Notes: generated by a model not told the origin, from the sequence alone. 64,000 nucleotides of DNA from the human T2T-CHM13v2.0 reference genome, Homo sapiens (GCF_009914755.1 NC_060928.1), one strand, 5' to 3'. Counted from the first letter of the stretch, positions 1-16,839 are shown. Program-made: numbers and translations.

Positions 1-410
1 TGAGACATTAGCAAATGTGACACAAGCAGAAGCTTGAAAAATCACTACAAATTGTGGCTGTTTAATACTCTGAGATTACCACGTGAAGAAGCTCAGGCTA
101 GCCACCTGTAGGATGAGACACTGCATAGAGCATATTCAGGCAGTCTAGTTGAGCACCTCTTTCCCCACAAAACCAACAATTCTGCCTATTCTTGACTCTC
201 GAGTAAGACTATACCAGACCAGTTCATTCAACTACATGCTAACCCCCATTGACCGCAGACTCATGAAAGAGCACAGCAGAGCTCAGCCAGGCCAGCCCAG
301 ACTTAGAAAAATCCACATAACCCAGGGAATAATTAATGAAATTAAAAGATTTTTTTGTTTTAAGCCATTCAATTTTGGGGTGATTTGTTATGCAGCAAAA
401 AACTAATCAT
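1..410 (+). mobile_element. MaLR LTR, MLT1 family (truncated by window start)
   Basis: Ends in the MLT1 3' motif TTTAAGCCA...TTTTGGGGTGATTTGTTATGCAGCA; internal GCAAATGTGACACAAGCAGA. Confidence 0.75.
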
Positions 411-675
411 AAAGAAAGAAGTTGTCTTTGTTGAGGAAAATAACTTGAGTATCTGTAAGTCTGGGGAAAAATCCACAAATTAAACTGCTTTGGTAGAAGT
501 GGGAGGTCAGAGATTATCATGAGATCATAACCCTCTCTCTGTCCCTACAAGAATTACAGAAATCTTGGGAAAAGGGAAATGGAAGGTAAATAGAGATTTA
601 AGCCAATCATATCTAGTTCTTTAGAAGAAGCTAGTCTCCAGCTGACATCTTAAAGAGATACAGACATAAATTTAG

Positions 676-712
676 ATATAAATATAGATAGATATAGATA
701 TAGATAGATATG
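676..712. repeat. (TAGATA)n simple repeat
   Basis: Seen directly in sequence. Confidence 0.85.
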
Positions 713-1077
713 GTATCTTTGTTTGAGCCGCTATAACAAAATACCACACACTGGGTAATTTATAAACAATAGAAATTTCTTTGTTACAGTTTGGTGGCTG
801 GGAAGTTTAACATTGAAGCACCTGCTTGTGAGGGGCCAGTCTCTCTGCTTCCAAGATGGTGCCTCGTTGCTGCATCCTCCAGAGGGTGCAGATACTGTGT
901 CCTCACATGGCCAAACATACAAGGGCAAAAAAGGGGTGAACTCCCTTTGTCAACCCCTTTAAAAAGGCACCTAATCCCATTCATGAGGGGGGAACCCTCA
1001 TGACTCAATCACCTATTAATGCCACCATAATGAAGATTAAGTTTTAATATGAATTTTGGAGGAAACACACATTCATT
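713..1077 (-). mobile_element. MaLR LTR, MST (MSTC/D-like)
   Basis: GCTATAACAAAATACCAC...CTGGGTAATTTATAAACAATAGAAATTT and TGAATTTTGGAGG, the reverse-strand hallmarks of MST LTRs. Confidence 0.8.
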
Positions 1078-1891
1078 TGGATATGGAGGTGAAGATGGAG
1101 ATGGAGATGAAGACAGAGATATGAAGATATCTCCAAGTAATTTGCCATAATTATCAACATGAAATGGTAGAAAACCTCACACAAGTGTCTGTAGACAAAT
1201 CAACTCTCAGAAAACTTATTAGTCAAATGCAGTTTTTTATATTATCTTATAAAGGCTAATTTATTGACATTAATCTTTACACCAACTTGAATGAGGCTTG
1301 TGTCCAATGCCATTTTGCTGCTTTAAGAACTCACTTGCAAACTAACACGTGGACCACGTTTGTGAGACTAGTTCCTGGTGTGACTGTTAACCAAATACCT
1401 ACTTCAACACCTATGATGTCCCTTTTTTTGTTTGCCTCCTCTCTAGTATTTCCCAACAAATTAATCAGTCAGCACCGTTACTCTTCCTTGTCACCCTGAC
1501 ATTAACTAGCATCTTACCCTCAGCCCACAATGGAAGCCCCCTCCTTTATTACAGTGCTGAACTGCTCTCCAGGACAGCTCTACTTAGCAACAAGCTAGAC
1601 CCTATGGTCTATTCCTGGGACTTTGCTAAAGCAATAGAATAAATATTGGCCCCTACTACAAATTCCAAAACCTAATATCCAATTAACACATATTAGTCAT
1701 CTTCCGATACATTTGGCCTCTTATTTACAGACAGTAAAGAAATTATCAATTATCAATCAATTTTAAATATCTAAAGTATTAGAATTGACAATATGAACAT
1801 AGTCCAAAATGCTATACTATTCTCCAAGCAAGAAGCCAAGTTTATTTTCATCGGTGGTATGTTCATAAATGCTGACAGCTGTATACGTAGT

Positions 1892-2230
1892 CTGTGGCAG
1901 ACTGTCTTTCCCAGAGATGGCTGCAACAGTATCTCCTGTCCCAAATGCTTTTCTAAAACCTTGCCACTCCGCATCAAAACACAGAATCTAATTTTCCTGC
2001 CTTTGAATCTTGGAGAATTTATGAGTTACTTGCAACCAACAAAATGTGGTGAAAGTGATGCTGCATGATTTCCGAGATGAGGTGCATAAAAGCATTGCAA
2101 CTTCCATCTTGCTTCCTAGATGGAAGCCCTGAGACCTGAGCCACTATGTTGGCAGTCCAACTATCCTGAAGCTGCTGCTGTGGGGAAGCCCAAAGCAGCC
2201 TATACAAAGAAACTTCATGGAGAAGACTCC
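1892..2230 (+). mobile_element. MLT1 LTR 5' part
   Basis: TGTGGCAGACTG...CCCAGAGATGGCTGCAACAGTATCTCC start; ACCAACAAAATGTGGTGAAAGTGATG core. Confidence 0.7.
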
Positions 2231-4068
2231 TGAAGCTGATTCAGAGAAACACCATTGTTCCTGATCAAACATGCTTTCAATCAGAATCTGTCTTGCCAGA
2301 GACAAGATCCAGTCCCCAGAAGGGGAACATCAAAAGCTAGGCAGATTCATACTAGAGTATAAACTGAAGAGCAAATACCACACAGAGACAAAAGAACAAG
2401 TATGCCAACCAGGTACCTATCTGGTACCCACAGATCACCCTCTTTAGATAAAATACCTAGCTTTAGGCATCAGGAGTAATTCTAGGTTCTAACTATTAGA
2501 GATGAAAGATCTTATCACAGTGTTGTTGTATTCTGGTCCAGATTGCTTCAGGCTTTTAGTTGTATTGAATTTTAAGCTGAAGGTCTTCAGATGCTGTTGT
2601 TGAGCACAAATAATAAAAGTGTGAGTGACAGCAAAAGAGCATGAAGTAAAAGGAAAAGCAGAAAAGGGTGGCATAAGTCAAAAGCAACAGAGTCTCACTG
2701 GTCAAGTCCAAAGGGATGGTACATAGTTCAACTAAGGAACATTCTAGGCAAGAAGAGCATGTAAAATATACAAATGGATGTTAAAACAGTACGGAGAGAC
2801 CCCGAGTGGAAAAGCAGAGGCATGCTCAAAAATAAAGGTTGAGTCTGGCCAGGTATTACAGGAATGAGTGGCCATCGCATGAAGGTCTTTGGATATCAAC
2901 TGAGGGGTTTAGATTTCATCCAATGATCAGAGAGTTACAAGGAATTCTCCCAGACGCTGAGAAGGGGGAGAATAAGCAGGCAATATTCTAGCCTCCCTTC
3001 CTCTGTTTGCACTGGAACAAAAATAATTTCAACTGTTTTACAATTGCTCTTCTAAGTAATCTTTCATTTGAAAGATACATTTTAAAACAATGGAAAAACT
3101 CCTGTAACAGACGAAGACTTTCATTGTACACTCTTGATGAGGAAAACAATGTGATAAAAACCATGTTTGAGGATTATTCCACTGCTTTGTTCAGAGTGTC
3201 AATAAGAAACTAAATAGGAGGAATTGAAGAACATGAGAAAACAAAAGGAAAAGAGAAAAAAACATCTAAAATGAAGAATCACTTGATTTAAAAAGTTGAG
3301 AAATAGAGAAGCCCAAACCCTATTTCCTTTACCCTACTTTGTTATCCACTGTGACCTTCTACCTTCCCAAGCTTTTTGGTCTCTATTTGGTCATTTAATC
3401 CAGTCCTTGATTCTCCTTTGCTCTGTCTCTTTCTGTGCCTGCTGTGCAATCTTTTATACTTCAGGTCCCTGCACTCATACCATGATCACAGGGCTGCTTT
3501 TGACTGGCACAACAATTCTGTGTTCTTCTCACTTTGCTTTACATTACACATTTAGGTCTTGCTTGTCCAATGTAATAACTTGTTCTAAAAATATTTTATT
3601 TTGCTGCTTAGCCTTCTCAAAGTTCTTTACAGACATTACCTCATCCATTTCTCTTGAAATTAGGTGCCCCGATGACAGAGTGGCCCCAAAAGCTACTTGT
3701 GTGGATTGTTGGGTATACATGTGCCTGGGACCTCAAAGGTGTCAATCCTGCCTATTTGGGATGAAAGATGGATGTCCTCAGCAATCAATAAGTGCCAAAA
3801 GCTCTCTCATTCAAAGAGAGGAAAAAGGTTCCAACACCAGGATAAAAAAAGTCTTGCATTAAAAAAAACCTTGCTATCCACCAAAGAAAGAAAGAAAACA
3901 TACGAAAATGACATGTTAACGTGTCTCTTTTAAATTCCAAATTTTTACTTCTCATAAAACTTAAGTAGATGATTTTATATCTGAGGGCATTACTGGGTTC
4001 TCACGTACTCCTAAAAAATAGAGTCAATCTGCTCTTACTCAAAAGTCTGTAAGATCCTTTTGTACATT

Positions 4069-4070
<2 letters not shown>

Positions 4071-4100
<30 letters not shown>
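4071..4100. repeat. (CA)n microsatellite
   Basis: About 15 perfect AC units. Confidence 0.95.
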
Positions 4101-4103
<3 letters not shown>

Positions 4104-6773
4104 TTCACCATCCCACACACCAATTTGTCTAATCTTCTTCTATGTAATGAATAAAACAGACATTTTGGAGAGTAGACTCTAATTGTGCAATTGGAACTGC
4201 CTAGCCCAGGCCAATATGAGAAAGTAAGACCAGCAGAGATAAAGGAAGCTCTGAGTATCTCTCCTTATTCCACACTCCTCACTCCACAGTTCCACTATTA
4301 GTGTTGTCCCATTTAGAGTTCTAGCCACTGTAATTTTAGGACCTTAGAAATGTCTGAACTCATAACATGGGAAAATATTAACATTTTATTAACTTAGTAG
4401 AAGACTCCAGGCAAAATAGATTTTTTTCCTCTGCAGAACATATGTTTAAAAGATTACAGGAAAGAATTTTTAACTCGAGTCTTCAGTTCCAATAAAGAAT
4501 GACTCACTTGTATATTTTCATAAGGCATAAAGATTATTTCACTTAAACTACATTTAGTCTGTAAACCTTTGTTATGTACCTATCCCTAAGTAGGTATATG
4601 TAAATAATTCATACTGCAACCCAAAGTAAAAATTAGATATTTACTAAAAATAAAAGGATCCAGAAAATTAAAATATTATTATATTAAGAAAAAAGAAGTC
4701 CACTAAAAGTGATGTCTGGCCCTGGGACCCCAGTAAGGACTAAAAGACCTTTCACAGTCATTTGATGGGAGTTGAATATCCAAAAAGACTGTGGCTTTTA
4801 TTCAGGCTAACACTTAAACATAGAGTTTCACAGTAACAGATCATGGTTCATATCACATTCTTCCAAACACAAGCTTTTACTCTTTTTGTTAAAAAACAGT
4901 TCTTTATCTCTGACAAAACAAAACTGCTGACTAACTGTACTTTAAGGAACACTCACTTCTTATTTCCGTGCATAGGGAAAAAGCATTGCCCCTCTCTAAG
5001 GAGTGAATCTTACTGAATAACCCCATGCCATGGACTAGTTTAAACTGCTGATGGTTTCCTAAACTTTTTCCAAGAGAAACAACAGCAACAATCATGATAG
5101 CAATACAAAAGGGACCCTGTTAAAAACTGCAACTCTCCATTCTTCGTTTCCCTACCCAGAGAACACCTGCTATAGGTACATCAGGCACACACATGTAGAA
5201 CTTAGAAATTTCTCTGACTACATAGTTCTTTTTTACTTAAATGTCTTTAAATCCTCACAGCTAAACTTTAATATAAGAGCTATGAACAACAGGTGATCAT
5301 TTTGACTAATGTAACAATATTAACCTAAACTATTTCCACCTAAACATAACAATCACCATATTTTATTTAAATATCATGCCAAAGGTTAAGAATAAATAAG
5401 TTGGTGAGAAATTTTCCCATTTCTTTTTAAAAGCATCCACTATTCTCCCTTTTGTGCTACAGCATTCTATTTGATAGATACTAGCACCCTATTGATGTAC
5501 TCACCTACTTGTAAATTAAAAGGAAAATATACATTGCAATGCCCACAAAGTGAGAAAAAAAACAATGACAACCATAAAATATCCTGGCACTGAGAATGAA
5601 TCACTTCATTAGACCATTGTAGCATATTTCTATTGTGCCTTTAACTTACTCAAGACTTTGTAGACTCTTATCAGGGTTCTCAGCTTAACTAACCATCATT
5701 CAAGGATCCTCAACAGAGGAAGTACCTATGAAGCATATGATCAGCTACTTCCTCTCCATAGTTCTTCCTTGTAAATAAGAAAACTGGGATAGTAGGTAAG
5801 GATATCTCAGGTTGGTGGGATGTTCCAGTCAGATGCTTGCAAATATTCAAGCATCCCAGATTTAAGCCACCCACAAAAACTGATGGAAGAATAGTCCATT
5901 TTCATTAACTTAAAAATACATAGAAAGATTATATTCATGGCATATGCTAACCTTTAGGGGCTCACAAGTATTCCTCTCTTCAATCCCCAAAGTTGAAGAA
6001 AAAGAAGAGTATTTCAAGGATGTGAAGTAAAGGGTGGAGATTTTAGGTAGAGGAGGAAACCAATTATAAATAGAACTGATCTGGGAGAAAGATTTTCTTC
6101 TCCCCAAACCCTTCTCTTACCTCTTTTCTGAAGTTCTCGCTTGGCTCACTCTATCTCAGGCAGCTTGTATTGTGAATCATGTCTAGGGAAGACTCCCACT
6201 TAGAAGGATGTCCTTGTGTGACCAACCAGAAACAGAACACAGCCTAGGAGGGGAGAGAAACCTAGTAGTCTGCTTATGGCTACCCTAGTCCAAGCTTTAA
6301 GCTAATAGGTCAGAAGGCATCTTGAGGTGTATTCAATGGCACAGTCCATTTCACCAAGCAGTGATTTGGCCATATCCCTCTTTGGTAATCATCTGTTTAT
6401 TGTTCTGTTTGGTAATCATCTGAAATGAACTTTATGCAGCAGATATAAATACAGTTACAGATGTCATTGGAGATATTGCTGTGGGTATATGAGTAATTTT
6501 TTCTGCTTATTTGCCTGATCAATTGGCATTCTCCTTTCCCTCTACAAAAGATAGTGACCAATGCTCACAACTAAATGAGGTCTTAGGGATACTATGCCTT
6601 CCTCTAGGAAGCCTGAACACTTCTTTTCTCACCTCCTAAGTCATATACATACAAAAGTTTGATCTGTTTGTTCTCTAACCTATACTTTTGTGCAATGAAT
6701 TTTAATAAATATAATCTAAACTTTAAAATGAGTGAAAATGGAAAGGGAGTTGTTTTAATAAAAATTGGGTTGA

Positions 6774-6880
6774 CTGGGAGGGTAGAGGTAGAAGTATCAC
6801 TTGAGGCCAGGAGTTCAAGACCAGCCTGGGCAACATAGCCCAGACCAACATAGCAAGACCCCATCTCTACAAAAAAAAAA
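6774..6880 (+). mobile_element. Alu left-monomer (FLAM-like) fragment
   Basis: GAGGCCAGGAGTTCAAGACCAGCCTGGGCAACATAG...CCCCATCTCTAC then A tail; small internal duplication of CAACATAGC. Confidence 0.85.
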
Positions 6881-7424
6881 TGGGTTGAATGACTTAAAGA
6901 GTCTAAAGATGAATAATTTTCAAACACTATTGAGTTAAACTGGTAAAAAAAAACATAAAATATTGCTGAAAAATAATAAAAATCTAAGGAATCCTGTATC
7001 AGATTGTTTCATAGTGTATACCCTACCTTAACAACACAAAACTATAATTTCAAGATCATGTTTTATTGATATTTCTTATGCGTGGAAAATAAAATGGAAC
7101 TCTATTCAGAAGGCTTTTATACTCAAAGAAAAGGTTTTGTCCCTACATAAAAGATCTGCAATAAAAATGAGTTAAAATAAAATATTTAAAATATATACGC
7201 ATTAAACATTTTATCATTTTCCACTTTGGTTTTTTTAAGAAACTACTTCAGAAAAGAAGGCTTTTCCATAGTTTTATATCTACACATTTATATCATTATA
7301 TCTACACATTTATATCTACATCTATATATTTATAGATATATCTATGGGAACTAATTGAGGTAAAGATGGCACAGGAAACAGTCAAAAAATGATTGGCCTT
7401 TAGCAACATGTAACATACAGGAAG

Positions 7425-7812
7425 ATGTGTTAATCAGTTCCCTCTTCAAGAAATAACTCTGTGCCCAGAAACAAGGACTATTGTTGGCTAAACAAACACT
7501 AGAAGTTAGTTATTTAGGGTCTGCCTCAGCTTTAGAGCCAAGGTCACATTCTTCTCAAGGTGGCCCCTAGCTAATGACTGAATGAGGTGGTGATACAAAA
7601 GTCTAGGCATTTAAGCTCCACATTATGATGATTTTTATGACAGAGCTGCCCAACAGGCAGGCAGAAACTTTAATAGGTCTATATCCTAGTCTGATGACTC
7701 ATCCTATACAATCCTGCTCTCGTCCCGTTTCTTTCACAGGCGTTAGACCCAAACCTTTTGCACTCCTAACTCCATTTTAGAGTATACTTCCAGGAAAACC
7801 AAACAGATACAC
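7425..7812 (+). mobile_element. ERVL LTR, LTR16-like
   Basis: 3' end TTTCACAGGCGTTAGACCC...TTGCACTCCTAACTCCATTTTAGAGTATACTTCCAGGAAAACC resembles the LTR16 terminus. Confidence 0.6.
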
Positions 7813-9259
7813 CAAATAATGGCATAACTAACAAACAGAATATTCCACACATGTATATATTGGCTTAATTTGTGTCAGGCATTCACCACTTACTGAACCC
7901 ATCACTGGAAAAAGGCAATACCGTGACAGTGAGTCCATGACAATAAAGGAAAAACATAACTGACTTCCCACAAAAGCAGAGTTTGAGTCTAGAAAATATG
8001 CCTTGGATGCCTATCTCAATGGATTGCCTGGGGTCTAGTGCTAATATCCAAACTATGTGGAATATTGTATATACCATGTCCTGCCAGATGATTTTCAGGA
8101 AACCAGCCAAATTTTCTATCCAAGTACAAAAGATCAGTTTCATATACTCCATGAGAATGATCTGCAACCATTTCTTTCAAATTGAGTAGAAAAAATGCTG
8201 GTAGTTTTAGTTGAACAAGATGAGATCCTGATCAATATTTAACACCACGAGTTTGGCCAAACTGTGCCAGCCAATCTGATACACATTTAAAACACTGTGT
8301 TACATAAATGGCATTTGGTAGGTGCTCCAAAGTACTTTTCCCCTTTCTTTGTCAATTCTGAATATCAATGATTCAATATAAGTTTAAATATTTGCATCAC
8401 GACCCCCAGAAGAGAACGGAATAAGACCCAACCATGGGAAAAAGGGTGCTTAGACTCTGCCAAGGATTAAGTCAGACATGGTTACTGAGAGGAAAAGACA
8501 GTATACACATTCTGATTTACTTTTCTCTCTCTCCTGGGCCCCTTCACACCTTGGCCAGGAAAAAGCCGAAAAGCAGAACTCAACAATTTATGTAACACTA
8601 TGGAATTGATGGAAGGCAGGTATGATACATTAGTATAGCATAGGGCCTCCAGATTGAATGAGAATCTGGCTTCTTCTCTTGTTTCTCATACAGAGAATAG
8701 CTTGGATTGCCAAAGAAATTAAATTTGAAGCTTAAAAAATGTACATGTAAAATATCCACCAATGATACTAAACTTCTTAAGTAGTAAATCTCCTACTCTG
8801 TGAGAACTTGGGTGCGTGGATTATGCCCAAGAGATCTCTTCTAGAAATGTCTTTTGGAACCAGATAATCAGTTATTCTCATCCAACTTTTTACATTAAAA
8901 CCTCATACTGAGATTAAAATTTAGAACAAAAATTGAGACAAGGACTTCCTACTGTTACAGTAATCACTAAAAAAGGAGATATTTAAGAAATTGAATAAGG
9001 GTGTTTCATGATTTATGATTTTACTTGGTAACTGTGTGACATTTTTAAAATCCTAAAACAAATGGTCCTCTGTATATAATTTTGAGTCAGCTATCATAAA
9101 ATGCATTTAAAAGAAAAAGCCTAAAATCAGGTAAAGCCTAATATTTACACCAAAGCTAAAACACAAGAGCAAAAATCAGGGAAAGAACTTCAAGACTCTC
9201 CCAGAAAGTCCTTCCATCTTCTGCTCACTGCCTGATTCCAAAGGCTTTCCCAGATTTGT

Positions 9260-9812
9260 AGGTATTTGTTACAACAGCACCCCACATCCAGTACCAAAAT
9301 CTGCACCAATCTGCATCAATTACTGCATAACAAATCACCCTAGCAAACATTTATCTTCTCACAGTCTCTATGGGTCAGTAATTCACGAGAAGCTTAGCTT
9401 GGTGGATCTGGCTCAGTGTCTTTCACCTGGTTGCACTCAAGATGTTGACTTAGGGATACAGTAAACTGAAGGCTTGACTAGGGCTGGTGGATCCACTTCC
9501 AAGACAGCTCACTCACACGACCCTTAGCAAGAGGCTTCAGGTCCTCTCTGTGGGCCTCCCCATAGGGCTGCTTGGGTGTCTTCATGACATGGCTGTCGGC
9601 TGGCTTTCACCAGGGGGAGTGATTCCAGAGAAGAGGAAGCAAGGAGAAAGCCACATGCCTTTTAGTCTTGAATGTTACACGCTATCACTTGCATCATTTG
9701 CTGCTCATTAAAAATGAACCACCAAAGCCAGCACTCTTGGGGTGGGGAGGACAGCATAGAAAATTAAGCTCCACTGTTTGAAGGAAATTTACAAAAAGAC
9801 TTTAAAACCACA
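9260..9812 (-). mobile_element. MLT1 LTR with adjoining MLT-int start
   Basis: GCATAACAAATCACC...GGGTCAG...GGATCTGGCTCAG...GAAGGCTTGACTAGGGCTGG...TTTAAAACCACA; CCAGTACCAAAATCTG is the reverse of the int start. Confidence 0.75.
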
Positions 9813-10019
9813 AGTGCCTCCAGGGGAGTATTAGGTCTAAAACACCAAATTATAAATTACTCTTATTGATGTCATTCTTATCTTGACCATGGATCAGTAC
9901 CAGGTTATCAAAATAATCCTGGAAATAAAGTTAGTGTTCTCCCAGACCATCTGCAAATTAAACCTATCCTTACCCAAAACACAATGACATAGTACCATGC
10001 CCTAGTTTAGAATGATTAT

Positions 10020-10594
10020 AATTTTTAAATGAAATATTGAGAATACCAATTGTGTGCAACGATGCAGAGTGATATGAACTCTCATACATTGTTGGAAGAA
10101 ATGCAAAATAGTGTAGTCACTTATGAGAATAGTCCTGCAGTTCCTTATAAATTTAAACATGCATTACCAACCAGATGACTCAACAATGCTATTAAATACT
10201 CACCCAAATAAAATGAAAACTTATGTTCACAGAAAAACTTACATGTAGGTGTTAATTTAAAAATAATCTTTATTTATAACCTTCAAAATCTGGAAACAAC
10301 CCATACATGCTTACACTGGTGAATAAAAAAAATAAACTGTGGTACATCTATATAATGGAATACCACTCATGAATATAAATAGATTAAATACTGATACATC
10401 CAACATGAATGAATCTCAAATGCATCACTAAGTGGAAGAAGCCAACTCAAAAATACATATACTACGTGACTGAATTTATATGACACTCTGAAAAAGGGAA
10501 AACTATAGGGACAGAAAACAGATAATCAGAGGAAGAGTTAACTACAAATGGAAACAGGGGATCTGGGGGGATGATAAAACTATATCTGTATCTT
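10020..10594 (+). mobile_element. Old L1M (L1MC/MD-like) 3' region, left part; interrupted by L1PB
   Basis: GAACTCTCATACATTGTTGG, CTGGAAACAACCC, GAATCTCAAATGCAT motifs; resumes at 13021. Confidence 0.75.
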
Positions 10595-12989
<2,395 letters not shown>

Positions 12990-13020
12990 TAAAACTTGTT
13001 TAAAAACTACATCTATATCT

Positions 13021-13120
13021 TGATTATAGAAATGCTTATGTGACTTTTTGTTTGTCAAAACTTACAGAACCATATGCTTAAAAGGATAAATTATACTGTA
13101 TGTAAACTGTACTTTAGAGA
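13021..13120 (+). mobile_element. Old L1M 3' end, right part
   Basis: TTTGTCAAAACTTACAGAAC...TTATACTGTATGTAAA L1M terminus. Confidence 0.7.
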
Positions 13121-14514
13121 AATGAAAAAAATCTAATCAGTTACTTTACTCTCCATATATAAGCAATCATGTCATGCACACTCTAAAACCCACATCCAGA
13201 TCTATGTTAAGTGGCAGCTATGGACAGAGCCTGAACATCAGCCAATTCATATTTGTTCTCATCTCTTGCCTCTCCCAACCCAAATGGCCTCTTCCAAACC
13301 AACGATGTGAGAATCTGCATGGGTTGCATGAGCTGTCAGTAAACAACCCTTAGACCTCTGCTTAGCTTATGTAAAATTCTAGCCCATCGCTTTTAATCAG
13401 TTATAAATTAAGGAAATATAAAAGCATAATACCACAGCAACCAGAGTCAAAAAATTGTATCGTCATTCAAAGAAAAAGGGAGAATCACCTCCAAAATGGC
13501 TACTCCTGGCTCCCAAAAATTAACCACAGCTGTTGATGAAAACTAGACCAACTCCACAGGAAAACCACAAAGTTGGCAACTAAAAAAGATTAATATGTCT
13601 CCTGGAACAACTTTCAATCATGGTCCTTCAAGAACTCAAGGCCAAAGCTAACATACCATCTCTCCTCAGCAAAAACTTCATCCCCGTTTAGATACACCAC
13701 TATGGCATCTTCCAGAGGCAGTGGCCACACTTCCCTCTAATAAACGAATAAACCACAAAGCAGTTCACATTGAAGGATAGAATTTAATCATCTAAAATTC
13801 AAAATTGCCAACAGGAAGAAAAAAATATATCCACACAAATAACCTGTAAGTGATTATACTTCAGCAAAGAGAAATGAAGTTTCCAGCAATTGTTTTAGCC
13901 CAAGACAGTGTGGCTGGAAACTTGGATGCAGGTGGTAGTGTGAAATAAAGAAAAATGATGGTTCCCTTTGCCATGACAGCCTTCTTTCCAGCTCCTGGCC
14001 AACAGTGTAAACTAAACCTTGCTGTCAGATTTTCTTGTCAATCCATCTCCAGAATTTCCTCCTAAGACTAGATATCCTAGTCATCCTGGAGTTTCATATC
14101 TTGTGGAGACTCAGTGACCCTCTTCAAGCTTGCCTCTCCTAATTTCATGAGATTTGATACAGATATTTCAAAAATGTGTTTCTGATCATTAATGTAAGAT
14201 TTTCTTCTGGTAGTCATATCTAAATAGTGACCTATTGCCTGCCTCTCATTTGGATTAATTCATAGAATGTATTCATTTTAGTCACTATTCTCTTTGATTT
14301 TCCTCTGGCCTAGGTCTTGCACTGCCTAGATATTTTTAATCTCATTAATTAGAATGTAATATGGTTTTTATAGAAACCATACCACTACCTTAAGACAATC
14401 AAACATACTTCTTAGATTAGGATGACAGGATTCAAGCCTTTACACAAAGAGGCATTTTAATACTCCTTGACATGTTTCCAAAAATGATGTCTCAAGGAAT
14501 TCCTTCTTTTCAGT

Positions 14515-15060
14515 ATTTTTAATCCACTTTATTGAATTATAATTTATATATAATAAAATTCACCAGTTAAATTCCATGAGTTTTGACAAACGTTTACTCT
14601 CATATAATAGCCACCAAAATCAAGATATAGAACATTTTCATCACCCAAAAGCATTTCCTCATGCCTCTTTACAGTCAGATCCACTTCCCATAGGCTCATC
14701 ACCTGGCAATCCCCAATTCTCTGTCACGGTAGTTCTGCCTTTTTAAAATATCATATACATAAATTTACATTATCTGGTCTTTTGTACCTGGCTTATTTCA
14801 CATAGAATAAATGTTTTGAAGTTTATGTTGTGTGTATCAATGGTTTGTTTCATTTTGTTGTTGAGTATTCTACTGTATGAATATACCAAAATTTGTGTGT
14901 CTGTTCACCGATTGATTGACATTTGGGTTATTACAACTTTAAAGCTACTATAAATAAACCTGCTAAAAATGTTTACATAAGAGCTTTTGCATTGGTATAG
15001 ATTGTCATTTCTCTGGAGTGAATATCTAAGAGGAGAATTTCTAGGTTATATGATAAGTAT
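14515..15060 (-). mobile_element. Old L1M (L1MC/ME-like) 3' end
   Basis: TTTATTGAATTATAATTTA...CAAGATATAGAACATTTTCATCACCC...GACATTTGGGTTATT. Confidence 0.75.
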
Positions 15061-15371
15061 AACCATATTGTTAAGCATTCTAGTTGATGTGTAGAGAAAG
15101 ACAGGATCGAAAGCAATTAAAATGAAAGAATATTTCAAAAGATAAAAGAGAATATAGAATAACATGGTTATAAAAGCCAGTGGAAGAGTGATTAAGGGAT
15201 GGAAACTGGAGTTTCAATGTTAGAACTTCAGAAATTGAAAAAAAAATAAAAATGAGAACATTTCCTCTTCATGATACTCAAGGTAGGCAGAGTCAAAATA
15301 AAAGTGGAAATGTTTAATTATCAAACAGGAAGCAGTAGCAATAGTGTCACACTGAAATAAATTTACTTGAA

Positions 15372-15481
15372 GGTTTCAAGCGATCCTCCCACAGCCTCCT
15401 GAGTAGCTGGAACTACAGGCGGGTGCCGCCACACCAAGCTAATTTTTAATTTTTTTTGTACAGATAAAGTATCCCTATGTT
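15372..15481 (-). mobile_element. AluJ fragment (part of a local duplication)
   Basis: TCAAGCGATCCTCCCAC...GAGTAGCTGGAACTACAGGC...CTAATTTTT. Confidence 0.8.
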
Positions 15482-16442
15482 ATGTGCTTATATGAGAGTA
15501 ATGAGAAGCTCAAAAAAAGTTTATAATCTTGTGTGAAATTGATTACAATTAGATAAAAGGCATAGAGCTCCGCCATTCTCTGCCAACCAATTAGAAAATA
15601 ATAATTTCTGCCTAGATACAGAGTTTCAAGTATGCAGATATTTTACTACAAGTAGAACATCTAAAATAGGAAAAGGGGTTACAGTAAAATACCATAAAAG
15701 AAATGTTTTAAATCAGAGTGCTTTAACATTCACATTTCCACAAAACAAATCTACCGTTAAAACATTGTCACTAAGTACAATAAACAAAACTTTTAACTCT
15801 ATACTGTTATTAAACTTGTACTATTTTTATTACTTTTCAAATATTAATACTATAAATACATATATTGCTGAACTCTCATATTATTTGTCATAATTTAATT
15901 CCCTTGAGTTTCCCTAGGTAGTATATTATTTTAATTAAAATTAATTAAAAATTAGTTCACCCCAAATAAATGCTACATCATTTAAAAAACCTTCTGACTA
16001 ATCTTTGCTTCGGTTTCCACAAATTTTACAGACATAAAAAATAAAGATACAATTAAAACATAACTACAGATAGTCTCTAAATTTTAAAAATCAAATATGT
16101 AATTGTGTATACAAAAAGTAGAATTCACATTTGTTCTTTAACCATTTGTGAATGTATTCCAAATACATCTACTTCTATACCTCTGTTCAGACCTCTCTCT
16201 GGTCCATTAAGTCAAGCATGTTCAGTAATAGGGAGTAAAGTGAGTTATTTGGTAAGTGGTACCACAATCCCACACTTCATACAGTTTTCTTCAACCATCT
16301 GCCCTTTGCTATTGTCAAACCCATACTCCCAGCATATCTCGATTTCAAGAAGTTTAAAAACAGTGTCCCTAAATCATCTCTACAGAAGTTTTGGAAAGTT
16401 CCTTTTAAACCTCATGTACAGTAATTGAGTTAACTAGACTAG

Positions 16443-16715
<273 letters not shown>

Positions 16716-16839
16716 TAATGAGAAACTCAAAAACATTTATAATCTTGCATGAAGTTGATTACAGTTAAACAAAAGTCATACAGCTTTAAGGTGGTCAAAA
16801 CAAAGAAATAGTTCATCTTCAGTACCTACTTCCTAGTTT

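Noticed and set aside
3296-3862. 188-aa plus-strand ORF
   Set aside because: Non-ATG start, no recognisable domain, low-complexity C/F/S/L composition from a pyrimidine-rich strand; likely chance
7262-7350. Short inverted ends around a TATATC repeat, MITE-like
   Set aside because: Inverted match is ~8 bp in low-complexity sequence, with no TSD
13140-13860. Possible ancient LINE (L4/RTE-X-like) relic; similar texture at ~52400-52640
   Set aside because: Only compositional resemblance; no motif I can confirm by eye
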